DNA of 64,000 bases from Candidatus Iainarchaeum sp. (GCA_026397015.1 JAPLVR010000006.1:64977-128976); one strand, 5' to 3'. Counted from the stretch's first letter, positions 37,436 to 47,122 are shown. The notes: a model not told the origin generated them from the sequence alone. Program-made: numbers and translations.

Positions 37436-37717
37436 ATGGCGAAAATTATGGCCGATGAGAAAGAGGGCGGGAAGGTTGACGGCCTTTTTAATGGAATTAA
37501 AAAATATGTTTCTGAAAGAATAGGCACTTTTGTTGCATTTCTTTTTTTTCTTGTCGCACTCGGTGCCTTCATGGCGATGGTCGTGATGAAAAAGTGGCCC
37601 GAATATACATATTTGACCGTAATAATTCCGATAATCGCCGGAATCACTTCATACTATAACAGGGCGGTTGCGCTCGGATTGTTTTTACTCATAGCCTTTT
37701 TTGTATTCATTTTGTGA
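37436..37717 (+). CDS. small hypothetical membrane protein
   Basis: 93 aa with three predicted TM helices. It sits immediately upstream of the pilin-like operon. Confidence 0.45.
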   Translation: MAKIMADEKEGGKVDGLFNGIKKYVSERIGTFVAFLFFLVALGAFMAMVVMKKWPEYTYLTVIIPIIAGITSYYNRAVALGLFLLIAFFVFIL

Positions 37718-37799
37718 TTCTTTTCTGAAAAAATCACGAGATTTCAGCAATCAACGAACTTTTGGAAAATCTTTTAAAGCCCGGGAAAAAAATCTTCTT

Positions 37800-38318
37800 A
37801 TGCGCGGCATCTTCTGTTTCAGCATTACTCTGGTTATGCTCGCAATACTGCTCAACTTTTCGATTATTGAAAATGGGTTTTACTCAAAACTGGAAAAAGG
37901 CAAGAGCGCATTGATTGAAATGGAAAGCGGGAACAAAGAAAGAACCATAATTGAAAATAATGTCGACAAAATTGTGAGCACAGAAATAGCCGAGCAGATT
38001 GAAAATGGAAACCTCAATTCCGAATCAATAAAAGACGAGATAAATTCTTCCCTCGCCGGCTATCTCAAAGGCAGGGCGAATGCTTCAACAATCTTCTCAA
38101 AAACACAGGGCTCAACAATAACAAAAGAATTTCTAAATGGCAACAGCAACGCCTTCATACTTGAACTTGGTGGAAAAAAATATGGAGAATATTCGTTTGC
38201 TTCAAACGCCGAAAAAACAAACATCGTCTCGAAAACTTTCGGCAATAACGCAAAAGCCATTTTTACAATTCCCATTGACTACACAATCAGAAAACTAGCA
38301 GGGGGCGTAAAAAATTGA
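37800..38318 (+). CDS. pilin-like protein with class III-type signal peptide (A)
   Basis: I place the start at ATG 37800: MRG|IFCFSITLVMLAILLNFSII, then a ~150-aa soluble domain. Confidence 0.5.
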   Translation: MRGIFCFSITLVMLAILLNFSIIENGFYSKLEKGKSALIEMESGNKERTIIENNVDKIVSTEIAEQIENGNLNSESIKDEINSSLAGYLKGRANASTIFSKTQGSTITKEFLNGNSNAFILELGGKKYGEYSFASNAEKTNIVSKTFGNNAKAIFTIPIDYTIRKLAGGVKN

Positions 38319-38641
38319 GCACACTCGAAGCGTTAATTTCATTGATTGCTTTGCTTGCATTCATTGGAACAATGCTTGCAGTGCTTTCGCAGCAGAAAGA
38401 AAGCATCCTTCTTGCGGAAGCCTCGGTAAATGCAAAAGCCGACTCGTTTTTTTGCGCATTAACAATCGATTCAATTTATTCCAACAGCATTGATTCATAC
38501 TCGCAAAAAATTTTATGTTCTATTGGCCGGAAAAAAACAAGTGCAACTTCCAATAGAACTCTGAAAGAAACGGAGACTTTGGCGGAAGCCGAAAGCGGCT
38601 TTGAGACGGCGGTGAAATCGTTTGGGCATTATATCAAGTAA
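38315..38641 (+). CDS. pilin-like protein (B)
   Basis: The TTG start overlaps the upstream stop (TTGA), with AGGGGG 7 nt upstream. The N-terminus STLEALISLIALLAFIGTMLAVL resembles a pseudopilin helix. Confidence 0.4.
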   Translation: MSTLEALISLIALLAFIGTMLAVLSQQKESILLAEASVNAKADSFFCALTIDSIYSNSIDSYSQKILCSIGRKKTSATSNRTLKETETLAEAESGFETAVKSFGHYIK

Positions 38642-39086
38642 AGGGATGTTATTCTCAATCGATACAATAATTGCTTCAACGATTATTCTTCTTTCGCTTC
38701 TTGTTTTTTTCACGGCGCTTGAAAATCACACAAGCGAAATAAGCGGAACGGGCGAAAAAATCTTCCTTGAGGAAAAAACCATCTTCGTGGCGGATTCATT
38801 TGTGAAAAATTACGATCCTGAAAACGGGCTGCTTGGAGCCTGCGTCCCAGATTATGAAAAAAAGCGTGTGCGGTCAAACGAAATCTCATCGGCAAATTTT
38901 TTGAACATTAAGCTCGTTGAAATCGACAAATTTTTTGTAAAAAAAATTTCATTCAAAAACCGCACAACAGACACAACTGTTTTTTCAACCGAAAAAAAAG
39001 GAAAGGAGTGCATAGTGGCAAAGAGATTTGCGCTTATTGATTCCGAAAAAGCGGTTATTGAAATAATGGGGTGCCTGCTTGAGTAA
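38622..39086 (+). CDS. pilin-like protein with class III-type signal peptide (C)
   Basis: The TTG start gives MGIISSKG|MLFSIDTIIASTIILLSLLVFF. The SKG plus SI[DE] pattern is shared with the next gene. Confidence 0.5.
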   Translation: MGIISSKGMLFSIDTIIASTIILLSLLVFFTALENHTSEISGTGEKIFLEEKTIFVADSFVKNYDPENGLLGACVPDYEKKRVRSNEISSANFLNIKLVEIDKFFVKKISFKNRTTDTTVFSTEKKGKECIVAKRFALIDSEKAVIEIMGCLLE

Positions 39087-39423
39087 AGGGTTTATACTTT
39101 CAATCGAAGCAACAATTTCAATCCTTCTTCTTGGGCTTGCCCTCGCCACCATGTTTCAGCACCAAAGCTTTTCGTTCAAGGAAATAACCGTTTTGCAGCA
39201 GGAAAACGACCTGCTGAAAATATGGGGAATCAAATTCCCATCCGACTCTGAAATGATTTTCGATGCGAAAAAAATGTTCGGGGAAAATTTCGATATTTTT
39301 GTCGACGGGAAACAAATCTTTGCCTCAAAGGAACTGCACAAAAACTGCGTTTCAAGCGAGGCAACAATTTTGGACGATTCGCTCAAAGAAAAAAATTTTT
39401 TAATAAAGGTTTATTTTGAATAG
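39079..39423 (+). CDS. pilin-like protein with class III-type signal peptide (D)
   Basis: The TTG start overlaps the upstream gene. Sequence begins MSKG|FILSIEATISILLLGLALATMF. Confidence 0.55.
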   Translation: MSKGFILSIEATISILLLGLALATMFQHQSFSFKEITVLQQENDLLKIWGIKFPSDSEMIFDAKKMFGENFDIFVDGKQIFASKELHKNCVSSEATILDDSLKEKNFLIKVYFE

Positions 39424-39812
39424 GCGCGCAACCCCACTATGCCGTTGCTTTTTTCGATTTCAACGACAAATTTTTTTGTAAATTCCTGCCTTTGCAGGTT
39501 TTGGCCCTCACCAAGAATCGCCTCAAATGTTTGCGAAGGGCTTGCAAAAAAAACAATTTTTCCTTCCGATGAAATGGTTATTTTCCGCGCGGGAACAAAT
39601 TCGAAAACCTCCTTTGAACCGTCGCCAAGAAATTCGAAAAAACTCGCTTTTTCCTGGACAGTTTCCGCGATTTGCTTCGCCAGTGCGGAATCACCCGCGT
39701 CAAAAAATGCTTCCATGGAATAGGAAATCGCCGGCAGTATTATTGCGAACGCCGAGAAGAAGCCGAGCAACAAAAGCAGGAACTCCAGCGAACTCTGGCC
39801 CCTTTGCCTCAT
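39411..39812 (-). CDS. class III signal peptide (QxSxE) pilin-like protein (E)
   Basis: MRQRG|QSSLEFLLLLLGFFSAFAIILPAI. ATGA overlap with the upstream short pilin. The 3-prime end overlaps gene D by 13 nt. Confidence 0.65.
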   Translation of the reverse strand: MRQRGQSSLEFLLLLLGFFSAFAIILPAISYSMEAFFDAGDSALAKQIAETVQEKASFFEFLGDGSKEVFEFVPARKITISSEGKIVFFASPSQTFEAILGEGQNLQRQEFTKKFVVEIEKSNGIVGLRAYSK

Positions 39813-40000
39813 ATGTCATCAATCTTCTTGAACACTTCGTCGGCGGTTTTCTTCAACTTGTCTGAACCTTCTGCGGACGTTTCCTGCAGCTGATTCACCA
39901 GCAGAAGGACAACCGCGACAACCGCCGCCAGCACAATTATCAGCTCGACGGAAATCTGCGCTTCTTCCTCTTTAAAAATTTCATCAAAAAATTTCTCCAT
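39809..40000 (-). CDS. short Flp-like class III signal peptide pilin (F)
   Basis: 63 aa: MEKFFDEIFKEEEA|QISVELIIVLAAVVAVVLLLV. The leader is acidic. Confidence 0.65.
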   Translation of the reverse strand: MEKFFDEIFKEEEAQISVELIIVLAAVVAVVLLLVNQLQETSAEGSDKLKKTADEVFKKIDDI

Positions 40001-40122
40001 AAAGTAAGCCTTCTTTTTGTATTTAAAAAGATTCGGTTTTTTTCGTTGCGAGACGAAGATGAAAAAATTGTTCTGAAGGGGTTTGTTTACTTTTTTAAAT
40101 CTGTCGCAAATTGGTTCTTCCT

Positions 40123-40758
40123 ATGAAGACACAGGAAAAATTCGACCTAATTGTTTCATGGATAACGCTAAGCATTGCATTTGCAATTGTAATCGGGTTA
40201 TTTCCTTTCGGCCTGGAAGAAATTTTTATAACTCTCCCCATCGCATTTCTCGCGGTCGGCACGGGATTTGTTTTCCACGAACTTGCGCACAGGCAGGCGG
40301 CGCGAAAATTCGGCTTTCACTCTGAATACAGGGCGTGGTATGGAATGCTCGTGGTCGCATTGATTTTTTCACTAATAACAAGAATGGTTATTGCCGCGCC
40401 CGGCGCAACTTATTTTTTCGGAAAAAACGTTTCAAGGAGACAAAACGGGATAATCTCGGTTGCCGGCCCGATAACAAACATTTTCATAGGCTTCATTTTT
40501 TTGCTGCTCATGATTGCGCTTGTAAAAAGCAATATTTACACCTCTGAAATCAGCGTGGTACCGGCAATACTATACTATGTTTCACAAATAAATTTCTTCT
40601 TCGCATTTTTCAACATGCTTCCGATACTGATATTTGACGGGGCAAAAGTTTTTGTCTGGAATAAAAAAATCTGGTTTGCGGTATTTGGAATTGCCGCGCT
40701 GATGTCGTTCCTTCCGGACATTATTCTTGGCGTTTTCGGCATAGCGCTCGGCATGTGA
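40123..40758 (+). CDS. M50-family (site-2 protease-like) membrane metalloprotease
   Basis: HExxH in a TM segment (FVFHELAHRQAARKFG) and the second motif FNMLPILIFDGAKV. I prefer ATG 40123 over the TTG at 40111. Confidence 0.7.
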   Translation: MKTQEKFDLIVSWITLSIAFAIVIGLFPFGLEEIFITLPIAFLAVGTGFVFHELAHRQAARKFGFHSEYRAWYGMLVVALIFSLITRMVIAAPGATYFFGKNVSRRQNGIISVAGPITNIFIGFIFLLLMIALVKSNIYTSEISVVPAILYYVSQINFFFAFFNMLPILIFDGAKVFVWNKKIWFAVFGIAALMSFLPDIILGVFGIALGM

Positions 40759-40775
40759 AACCAAAAAGAAAAAAA

Positions 40776-42971
40776 TTATCCGACATATGAGGGTCTGAAT
40801 TCGAGCGCCACTTCCGCAAATTTTGAATATGCGTCTGAGGTTTGCTCGTCAATGGTCGGCTTTAATTTAGAAAGAACCTTCTCAAAATGCGCCATTTTTA
40901 TCGGAGATGGAACTAATTTATTTTCTTCCAAAACCAGAAGCGCGGCTTCCCTTACAACTCCGCTCAGGTCGGCGCCCGAAAACCCGTTGGTTTTTTTCGC
41001 CAACTCCTTCAATGAAACGGATTTATCCAGATTTACGTTTTTGGTGTGAACCTTAAGTATCGCTTCGCGCGCCCTTTCATCAGGCGCTAAAACTGGAATT
41101 AGCTTGTCAATTCTTCCGGGTCGGAGCAAACTTGTATCTAACATGTCCGGCCTGTTTGTCGCGGCAATGAAAATAACATCTCTCATTGATTCTATTCCAT
41201 CCAGTTCCGTAAGAAGCTGATTGACCATTTGGTCGTAAACCTTTGAACCTGAGTGCGAGCCGCGTTTCGCCGCAACAGCATCAATATCATCAAAAAAAAT
41301 TATGCATGGAGCAACTTGCCTTGCGCGCCTAAAAATTTTTCTTATTCCCTTTTCACTTTCGCCTACCCACATGCTCAAAAGCTCCGGCCCCTTAATCGAA
41401 ATGAAATTGGCCTCGCTTTCAGTTGCAATCGCTTTTGCCAAAAGCGTTTTCCCAGTGCCGGGAGGCCCATAAAGCAAAACCCCGTTCGGAGGCCTTATCC
41501 CCATCTTTTTGAAAGCATCAGAATTCTTTAGCGGCCACTCAACCGCCTGCTTCAATTCCTGCTTAACAGCCTCAAGCGCGCCGACATCCTCCCATTGCAC
41601 ATTTGGAATTTCGATTGCGACTTCTCTAAGTGCGGAAGGCTGGACATCCTTCAGGCCTTCAAGAAAATCGCTTTTTTTAATATTAAGGTTTTCCAAAACT
41701 TCTGCGGGAATAGTTTCTTCCTCCAAATCAATTTTTGGAAGATAACGGCGCAGCGCTTTCATTGCCGCTTCCTTTGTAAGAGCCTGCAAATCGGCGCCGA
41801 CAAATCCGTGTGTTATTGAAGCAAAGAAACCCAAGTCAACATCCTTGTCAAGAGGCATTCCGCGCGTGTGAATACTAAGAATCGCTTTTCTCCCATTTTT
41901 ATCCGGAACACCGAATTCGATTTCGCGGTCAAAGCGACCGGGTCTTCGCAAAGCCTCATCAAGAGAATTTATTCTGTTGGTTGCGGCCATTACAATAACT
42001 TCGCCGCGCGCAGCCAAACCATCCATAAGAGAAAGTATTTGTGCAACAACGCGCCTTTCAACTTCCCCGACAACCTCGTCCCTCTTCGGCGCAATCGAAT
42101 CTATCTCATCAATAAAAATTATTGAAGGGGCATTTTCACTCGCATCCTGAAAAATTTTTCTGACCCTTTCTTCGGCTTCTCCGACAAATTTCCCCATTAC
42201 TTCGGGAGCTGAAACGGAAATGAAATGAACCTGCGCCTCGTTTGCAACTGCTTTCGCGAGCAAAGTTTTTCCTGTGCCGGGCGGCCCGTGCAACAAAATT
42301 CCTTTTGGTGGAACGATTCCAAGCTTCTGGAAAAGCTCCGGATGCTTCATCGGAAGTTCAACCATCTCCCTGACTTTTTTAACCTGCTCTTCTAAACCCC
42401 CGATATCTTCGTAGGCAATTTTTTGAACGCCTTCAATCGAACTTTTCACGGGCTTGTCCTTCAATGCGAATTGGGTTGTATCAACAACCTTCACAATGCC
42501 CCTCGGCTGCGTGTCAACGACGCTGTAAATGAACCCCGAACCGAAAACAGAAACCCAAACATTATCGCCTATGGTAAGAGGCCTCCCCAGAAAACTTTTC
42601 TTCAAAATCCTGTCGTAGCCGGAAGCAATTATTCTGACCTCTTCAATCGGCGCAAGCACAACCCGCTTCGCTTCCTTGGGAACAACTTTTTTCACCCTGA
42701 CTTTTTCATTCAGGCCGACGCCTGCATTGTGCCTTATGAATGAATCCATTCGCACGACTTTTCTTCCTTCATCTTCCGTGCGCGCCGGCCAAACAATTCC
42801 GGCTGTTTTCTTTTTGCTTTCCGCCCCTTCAATTTCAACTATCTCGCCGGACGTGATGCCGAGCGCATCCTTTGTTTCCTTGTCGAGAGTGATTATATTG
42901 CGGCCGACATGAGTAGGATCGGGATCTAAAACTTGCAGGACTATTTCCTTTTCCTTGTCTTCCTTTTTCAC
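40776..42971 (-). CDS. cdc48: CDC48/VCP-like AAA+ ATPase
   Basis: 731 aa. N-domain plus two AAA modules, with [13 protein letters not shown] twice and Walker B IIFIDEID / IIFFDDID. Confidence 0.9.
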   Translation of the reverse strand: MKKEDKEKEIVLQVLDPDPTHVGRNIITLDKETKDALGITSGEIVEIEGAESKKKTAGIVWPARTEDEGRKVVRMDSFIRHNAGVGLNEKVRVKKVVPKEAKRVVLAPIEEVRIIASGYDRILKKSFLGRPLTIGDNVWVSVFGSGFIYSVVDTQPRGIVKVVDTTQFALKDKPVKSSIEGVQKIAYEDIGGLEEQVKKVREMVELPMKHPELFQKLGIVPPKGILLHGPPGTGKTLLAKAVANEAQVHFISVSAPEVMGKFVGEAEERVRKIFQDASENAPSIIFIDEIDSIAPKRDEVVGEVERRVVAQILSLMDGLAARGEVIVMAATNRINSLDEALRRPGRFDREIEFGVPDKNGRKAILSIHTRGMPLDKDVDLGFFASITHGFVGADLQALTKEAAMKALRRYLPKIDLEEETIPAEVLENLNIKKSDFLEGLKDVQPSALREVAIEIPNVQWEDVGALEAVKQELKQAVEWPLKNSDAFKKMGIRPPNGVLLYGPPGTGKTLLAKAIATESEANFISIKGPELLSMWVGESEKGIRKIFRRARQVAPCIIFFDDIDAVAAKRGSHSGSKVYDQMVNQLLTELDGIESMRDVIFIAATNRPDMLDTSLLRPGRIDKLIPVLAPDERAREAILKVHTKNVNLDKSVSLKELAKKTNGFSGADLSGVVREAALLVLEENKLVPSPIKMAHFEKVLSKLKPTIDEQTSDAYSKFAEVALEFRPSYVG

Positions 42972-43064
42972 CGAAAAAACCTCAAATTGAGCACAGCTTA
43001 AGTTATTACAACAAAAAAAGGATTAAAAATATGCCCTTCCAAAAAAAGTTCGGCAAAAAACGAA

Positions 43065-43895
43065 TTATTTTTTTAAAATTTCGAGGGTGCCGTTTGGAAG
43101 CGCCGAAACAAAATCATCGACGCTAAAGGAATAACCGTTTTTTTCAAAAATCGGTCTCAATTCCTTGGCGGCGTCGCTCTTTTTTTTGGAGCCCTGCCTT
43201 ACTTCAACGAAAAAAACGCAATTTTTTTTCGCTGCGGAAAATGGTGCGGCCATCAAAACATTTTCCTTCTCATAAAATCCGATTGCACAATTAAGCACGG
43301 AATTCCTGAACCAATTTCTTTCGCCGTAAATCATGAAAGCGCCCGCACCCATTGACTCGCCGGAGGGCGCCTTCTTTGAAACCTGTTCAGGCTTTACCGA
43401 ATATGCATCCGCGTGCGCGCGGTTTTCCTCCCATGCCTTGGAAAAGGTAACTGCAAATTGCGCCGCTTCCTTCATTGTCTGTTCAGGCACAATTTTGCCG
43501 GCCGTTTTTATTATACAGTGCGGCGCGCCGAAAACATCCGCGTGAAAATAAACATCGTCTTTTTCCACCCTTTTTTTTACAATCTCCTCATTCGAATGCG
43601 CGTCCCTTCCGCCTATTACAAGAAAACCGTCGCTAGAAACAAACCATCTGTATTTTTCGAACCACTTCTTTTCCCTCTTTTTTGCAAAAATTTTCTTTTG
43701 AGCCTGATTTTCTGCCGCGGTCTCTTTTTTTTCCTTTTGCTCCGCAAGCTTTTTTTCGGCCTGAACAAGCGCTTTCTTAATCCCTTCAATTTTTCTGCGC
43801 GCGAGCTTCGCATTCTCAAAATAAGCTGTTGCGTTTTCTTCCACTGATTTTTTTAAATCAATTTCAATCAGTTCCTTTTCCGAAGGCGTTCCCAT
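43065..43895 (-). CDS. NFACT-R (DUF814) domain protein; RqcH/Tae2 C-terminal half only
   Basis: 276 aa. A coiled-coil remnant (SVEENATAYFENAKLARRK) is followed by WFEKYRWFVSSDGFLVIGGRDAHSNEEIVKKRVEKDDVYFHADVFGAPHCIIK. Confidence 0.7.
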   Translation of the reverse strand: MGTPSEKELIEIDLKKSVEENATAYFENAKLARRKIEGIKKALVQAEKKLAEQKEKKETAAENQAQKKIFAKKREKKWFEKYRWFVSSDGFLVIGGRDAHSNEEIVKKRVEKDDVYFHADVFGAPHCIIKTAGKIVPEQTMKEAAQFAVTFSKAWEENRAHADAYSVKPEQVSKKAPSGESMGAGAFMIYGERNWFRNSVLNCAIGFYEKENVLMAAPFSAAKKNCVFFVEVRQGSKKKSDAAKELRPIFEKNGYSFSVDDFVSALPNGTLEILKK

Positions 43896-43928
43896 TTTAT
43901 TCAGCTCCTTCTATTTAATTGCTTCAAA

Positions 43929-44483
43929 TTAATCCAGCCCGGCTTTCTTCCGCATAATTTCAATTATTGAATCGGTTCGCGAGCCGCGCTTGAAAGTCGG
44001 CTCTGTGAGATAGAAAACCTGCCTGTCTTTTACCACATCGTAATAATTTGGAATCTTCTTTACGTAACGTTCCTGCAAATTTTTGTGGTAGGATTCGACG
44101 TCGGAATAGAACTGCGAACTTATCACATTAAAATTTCCGGAACCCATTATTGAGTTGAGTGCATAAACGTGCGGATCTTTTTCGGCGGCTTTCAAATATT
44201 GTTCTATCAAATCCTGGCGCGAAAAATCAAGTTGCAAAAGTTCAACTGCTTCAAGCTTATAGCCGAGCTTCCAAAAAGCAATTTTTGGGCCGTAACCTAC
44301 GAGCAATCCTTCCTTTTGAAGAAAATCAAGCGAAGCCTTTATCGTTGCCAGATGATACTTTGTTTTTACTTTTATTCTGCGAATATTCGGCTGAACTGAG
44401 CCACCCTCAAGCAATGCCTGAAGAATATTTAGCCTGATAATGTCATCCGCTTTCATTTTCTGAGCCACAAAAACATCTCCCAA
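43929..44483 (-). CDS. putative winged-helix transcription regulator (divergent Lrp/AsnC-like)
   Basis: 184 aa. N-terminal IIRLNILQALLEGG...LATIKASLDFLQKEGLL, then a small alpha/beta C-domain. Confidence 0.4.
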   Translation of the reverse strand: MGDVFVAQKMKADDIIRLNILQALLEGGSVQPNIRRIKVKTKYHLATIKASLDFLQKEGLLVGYGPKIAFWKLGYKLEAVELLQLDFSRQDLIEQYLKAAEKDPHVYALNSIMGSGNFNVISSQFYSDVESYHKNLQERYVKKIPNYYDVVKDRQVFYLTEPTFKRGSRTDSIIEIMRKKAGLD

Positions 44484-44669
44484 CCAACAAAATCAAAATG
44501 CACCCAAAAAAGCGCATTTTTAGTTGATTATTACACCCATGGCTATTTAAATGTCATTTTTATTACACTTAAACTCAATTAATACTTATTAACGGTGATG
44601 GCGTATAATATGTCATAATTTTAAGGAGGGGGTTTATCTAAATCTGATAAAAGTAGAAAATTTGGAAAA

Positions 44670-44744
44670 GCTGATTGGGGTTGTTGGACAGGCTCACCAG
44701 GATTTCTAAGTTCTTTCTGTCTTCCAACAATCCCTTCAATCAGC
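44670..44744. other. long imperfect inverted repeat (75-nt stem-loop) in a 350-bp non-coding spacer
   Basis: GCTGATTGGGGTTGTTGGA ... TCCAACAATCCCTTCAATCAGC. About 19 pairing positions with one G-T pair and a 2-nt bulge, and a ~34-nt loop. Confidence 0.5.
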
Positions 44745-44835
44745 TGAATTAGAAAAATATTTTTATTTCTCGGCTGGCGCTCTGGGCTGGTTTTCGCCGC
44801 GCCCTTGGCTGCTTTTCGGACTTATTTCATTTTTG

Positions 44836-47052
44836 CTACTGGCTATTTGCAGAATCGATTTCTTCGTTCTCTTCGATTTCATTCAGAATTTCTTCGGAAA
44901 TGATTTTCGCTTTCTTTGAAGAAGATTTTTTCGCCCGTGCTTTCTTTGCTGGTTTTGGTTTTTCTATGACTTTTGTTTTTTCTGGCGCCGCCGAACTTTT
45001 TTCTTCGACCTTTTCCTTCTGTTCCTTCTTTTTTCCCCAATCATTTTTTGTAACACACGTCATTGTAAGACACATTTTGTATGAGAATCTGATGTTCCTT
45101 ATTTTGACAATCGGAGCGCCGCACTCTGGACAGGAATCGGAGGTAAGAGTGATTGCGCCCTTTTGCGGAAGAGGGAAAGAATTATTGCACCGCGGATACT
45201 CGCTGCAGCCGACAAACCGCTTTCCGGATTTTCCATGGCGTATTACAAGCTGGCCATTGCCGCACTTGCCGCACTTCCCAACCACAGAGCTGAATCTAAG
45301 GGCGCTTCGCAATTCGCCACCGATGCTGTCCTTTTCCTTAAACAAAACTTCCATGACACCGTGCAAATATTTTCCGGAATTTGCCACAACCTCTTCGCGC
45401 GTCTTTTTTCCGGCTGCAATTTCATCCATTTCCTTTTCAACATTCGCTGTCATTTCAGGTTTTGTGACAAGAACGCAGTGTTTCTCCAAAGAATCGATTA
45501 CGGAAAATGCCACCTTGCTCGGTTCAAGACTTGTTCCGCCGACAATATAACGGCGCGAATAAAGTTTTTGTATTATCGCGGGGCGGGTCGATTTTGTGCC
45601 GAGATTATTTTCCTCCATCAATTTTATCAGAGATCCCTGGCTGTAGCGCGCCGGCGGTTCGGTGCATTTCTCAAACAAATCAAGCTTCTCAATTTTAACA
45701 TTATCGTCAACATCAAGCCTCGGAAGAATTATTTCGGAAAGCTTGCTGTAAGGATAAAACGCTTTCCACCCTGCGGAAATTATTATCTGTCCGCGCGCGG
45801 CATAAGGCTCTCCTTCCGCATCAAGCAGAACTGTAACGTTCTCGGTTTCAGCATCGTCTGCAAGAGTCGCGAGGAAACGCTTCGCAATAAGTTCGTAAAT
45901 TTTCCACTCATCGTTATTTAACATTTCTTTTTGAACCGCCGAAACGGGATGAACAGGCGGATGGTCTTTCGTTTCCTTCCCCGCGGAAGGGTTAAGCGTT
46001 TTTTTTCCAAGAATTTTGGTTACGTCGCGCTCAAGCTCGCGCACGGAAACAAGCCTGTTTAGAATTTCGCGCAAATCCAGATTCTTCGGGTAGACACAAT
46101 TGTCCGTTCTCGGATAAGATGTGAATCCGCGTTGATAGAGCGTTTCGGCGAGGCTCATCGCCTTGCTGGCAGAAAAGCCGATTGCGGTCGCGGCGCGCAA
46201 AAATTCTGTTGTGTTAAAAGGAACGGGCTTCTTAAGTGTACGCCTTTTTTTCTCGATTTTCTTAACCACCGCGCTCTTTGGATTCTTTGCAAAAACTTCT
46301 TTTGCCTTTTTTTCGTTCCAAAATTTTCCCTCGGAGTGAAGCGCCAAAAACTTTTCCTTATTTTTGTCGCAGTGCGCGGCAATCTCCCAATATTTTTTCG
46401 ATTCAAACGCCAATCTTTCCTTTTCCCTGTCAACAATCAGCGCGAGGGTTGGTGTCTGCACCCTTCCAACGCTTAAAAATTCTTTTCCCAGCTGGCCGGA
46501 TATGAGCGAAAGAAACCTTGTAAGAACCGCGCCCCAAATCAAATCTATTTCCCTGCGCGCATTTGCGGAATAAGCAAAATTATAGTCGAATTTTTCCAGC
46601 GAGCTAAAAGATTTTTCAATATCCTCTTTTATTATTGCGGAAAAATACGCCCTTTCAACTTTTATATTTTTGTTCGTTTCTTTTGCATAGACCAGCGCTT
46701 CGAGGCCGATTGCTTCCCCTTCCCTATCGGCATCGGTAGCAACGATTATTCTTTCCGACTCTAACGCCGAATCCTTTATACAATTTATTATGTCACGCTC
46801 GGTCGGGGAATAAATTATTTCGGCATCAATAAGTTTCCTGACATCTGTGCCTATCCAATTCGAGTACTGCACCGGAAATTCAACATCGGAAATGTGGCCT
46901 CTCAGCGGAATCAACCTGACGGGGCTTCCTTTCCATTCAAACTCAAAAACCTTGGCTCCGCTGACGGACCTGACAGAAACTTTCCCGTCCGCAAGAAGCG
47001 AGGCAATTCTTTCCCCTGCAATCGCCTTTTCGGAAATAATTATGTCCATCAA
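44836..47052 (-). CDS. topA: type IA DNA topoisomerase (TopA-like)
   Basis: TOPRIM domain (IIISEK, ATDADREGEAI), active-site region GFTSYPRTDN, C-terminal Zn-ribbons (CGKCGNG...C..YPRC, CPECG), and a Lys-rich tail. Confidence 0.85.
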   Translation of the reverse strand: MMDIIISEKAIAGERIASLLADGKVSVRSVSGAKVFEFEWKGSPVRLIPLRGHISDVEFPVQYSNWIGTDVRKLIDAEIIYSPTERDIINCIKDSALESERIIVATDADREGEAIGLEALVYAKETNKNIKVERAYFSAIIKEDIEKSFSSLEKFDYNFAYSANARREIDLIWGAVLTRFLSLISGQLGKEFLSVGRVQTPTLALIVDREKERLAFESKKYWEIAAHCDKNKEKFLALHSEGKFWNEKKAKEVFAKNPKSAVVKKIEKKRRTLKKPVPFNTTEFLRAATAIGFSASKAMSLAETLYQRGFTSYPRTDNCVYPKNLDLREILNRLVSVRELERDVTKILGKKTLNPSAGKETKDHPPVHPVSAVQKEMLNNDEWKIYELIAKRFLATLADDAETENVTVLLDAEGEPYAARGQIIISAGWKAFYPYSKLSEIILPRLDVDDNVKIEKLDLFEKCTEPPARYSQGSLIKLMEENNLGTKSTRPAIIQKLYSRRYIVGGTSLEPSKVAFSVIDSLEKHCVLVTKPEMTANVEKEMDEIAAGKKTREEVVANSGKYLHGVMEVLFKEKDSIGGELRSALRFSSVVGKCGKCGNGQLVIRHGKSGKRFVGCSEYPRCNNSFPLPQKGAITLTSDSCPECGAPIVKIRNIRFSYKMCLTMTCVTKNDWGKKKEQKEKVEEKSSAAPEKTKVIEKPKPAKKARAKKSSSKKAKIISEEILNEIEENEEIDSANSQ

Positions 47053-47122
47053 AAGGAAGGGCTTAGAAAATAATTAAAAAGCCAAAGCATTCTTTCTGCA
47101 ATCGCCGAAGGGCAAAAAAGAA

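Noticed and set aside
40123-40758. Whether the membrane protease next to the pilin cluster is the missing prepilin peptidase.
   Set aside because: It carries HExxH and NxxPxxxxDG-type M50 motifs, not the paired Asp (GxGD-like) motifs of A24 or FlaK peptidases.
44594-44647. Possible C/D-box sRNA (GGTGATGG ... CTGA about 50 nt apart).
   Set aside because: The C box has a mismatch, and no C-prime or D-prime boxes exist at the expected internal spacing.
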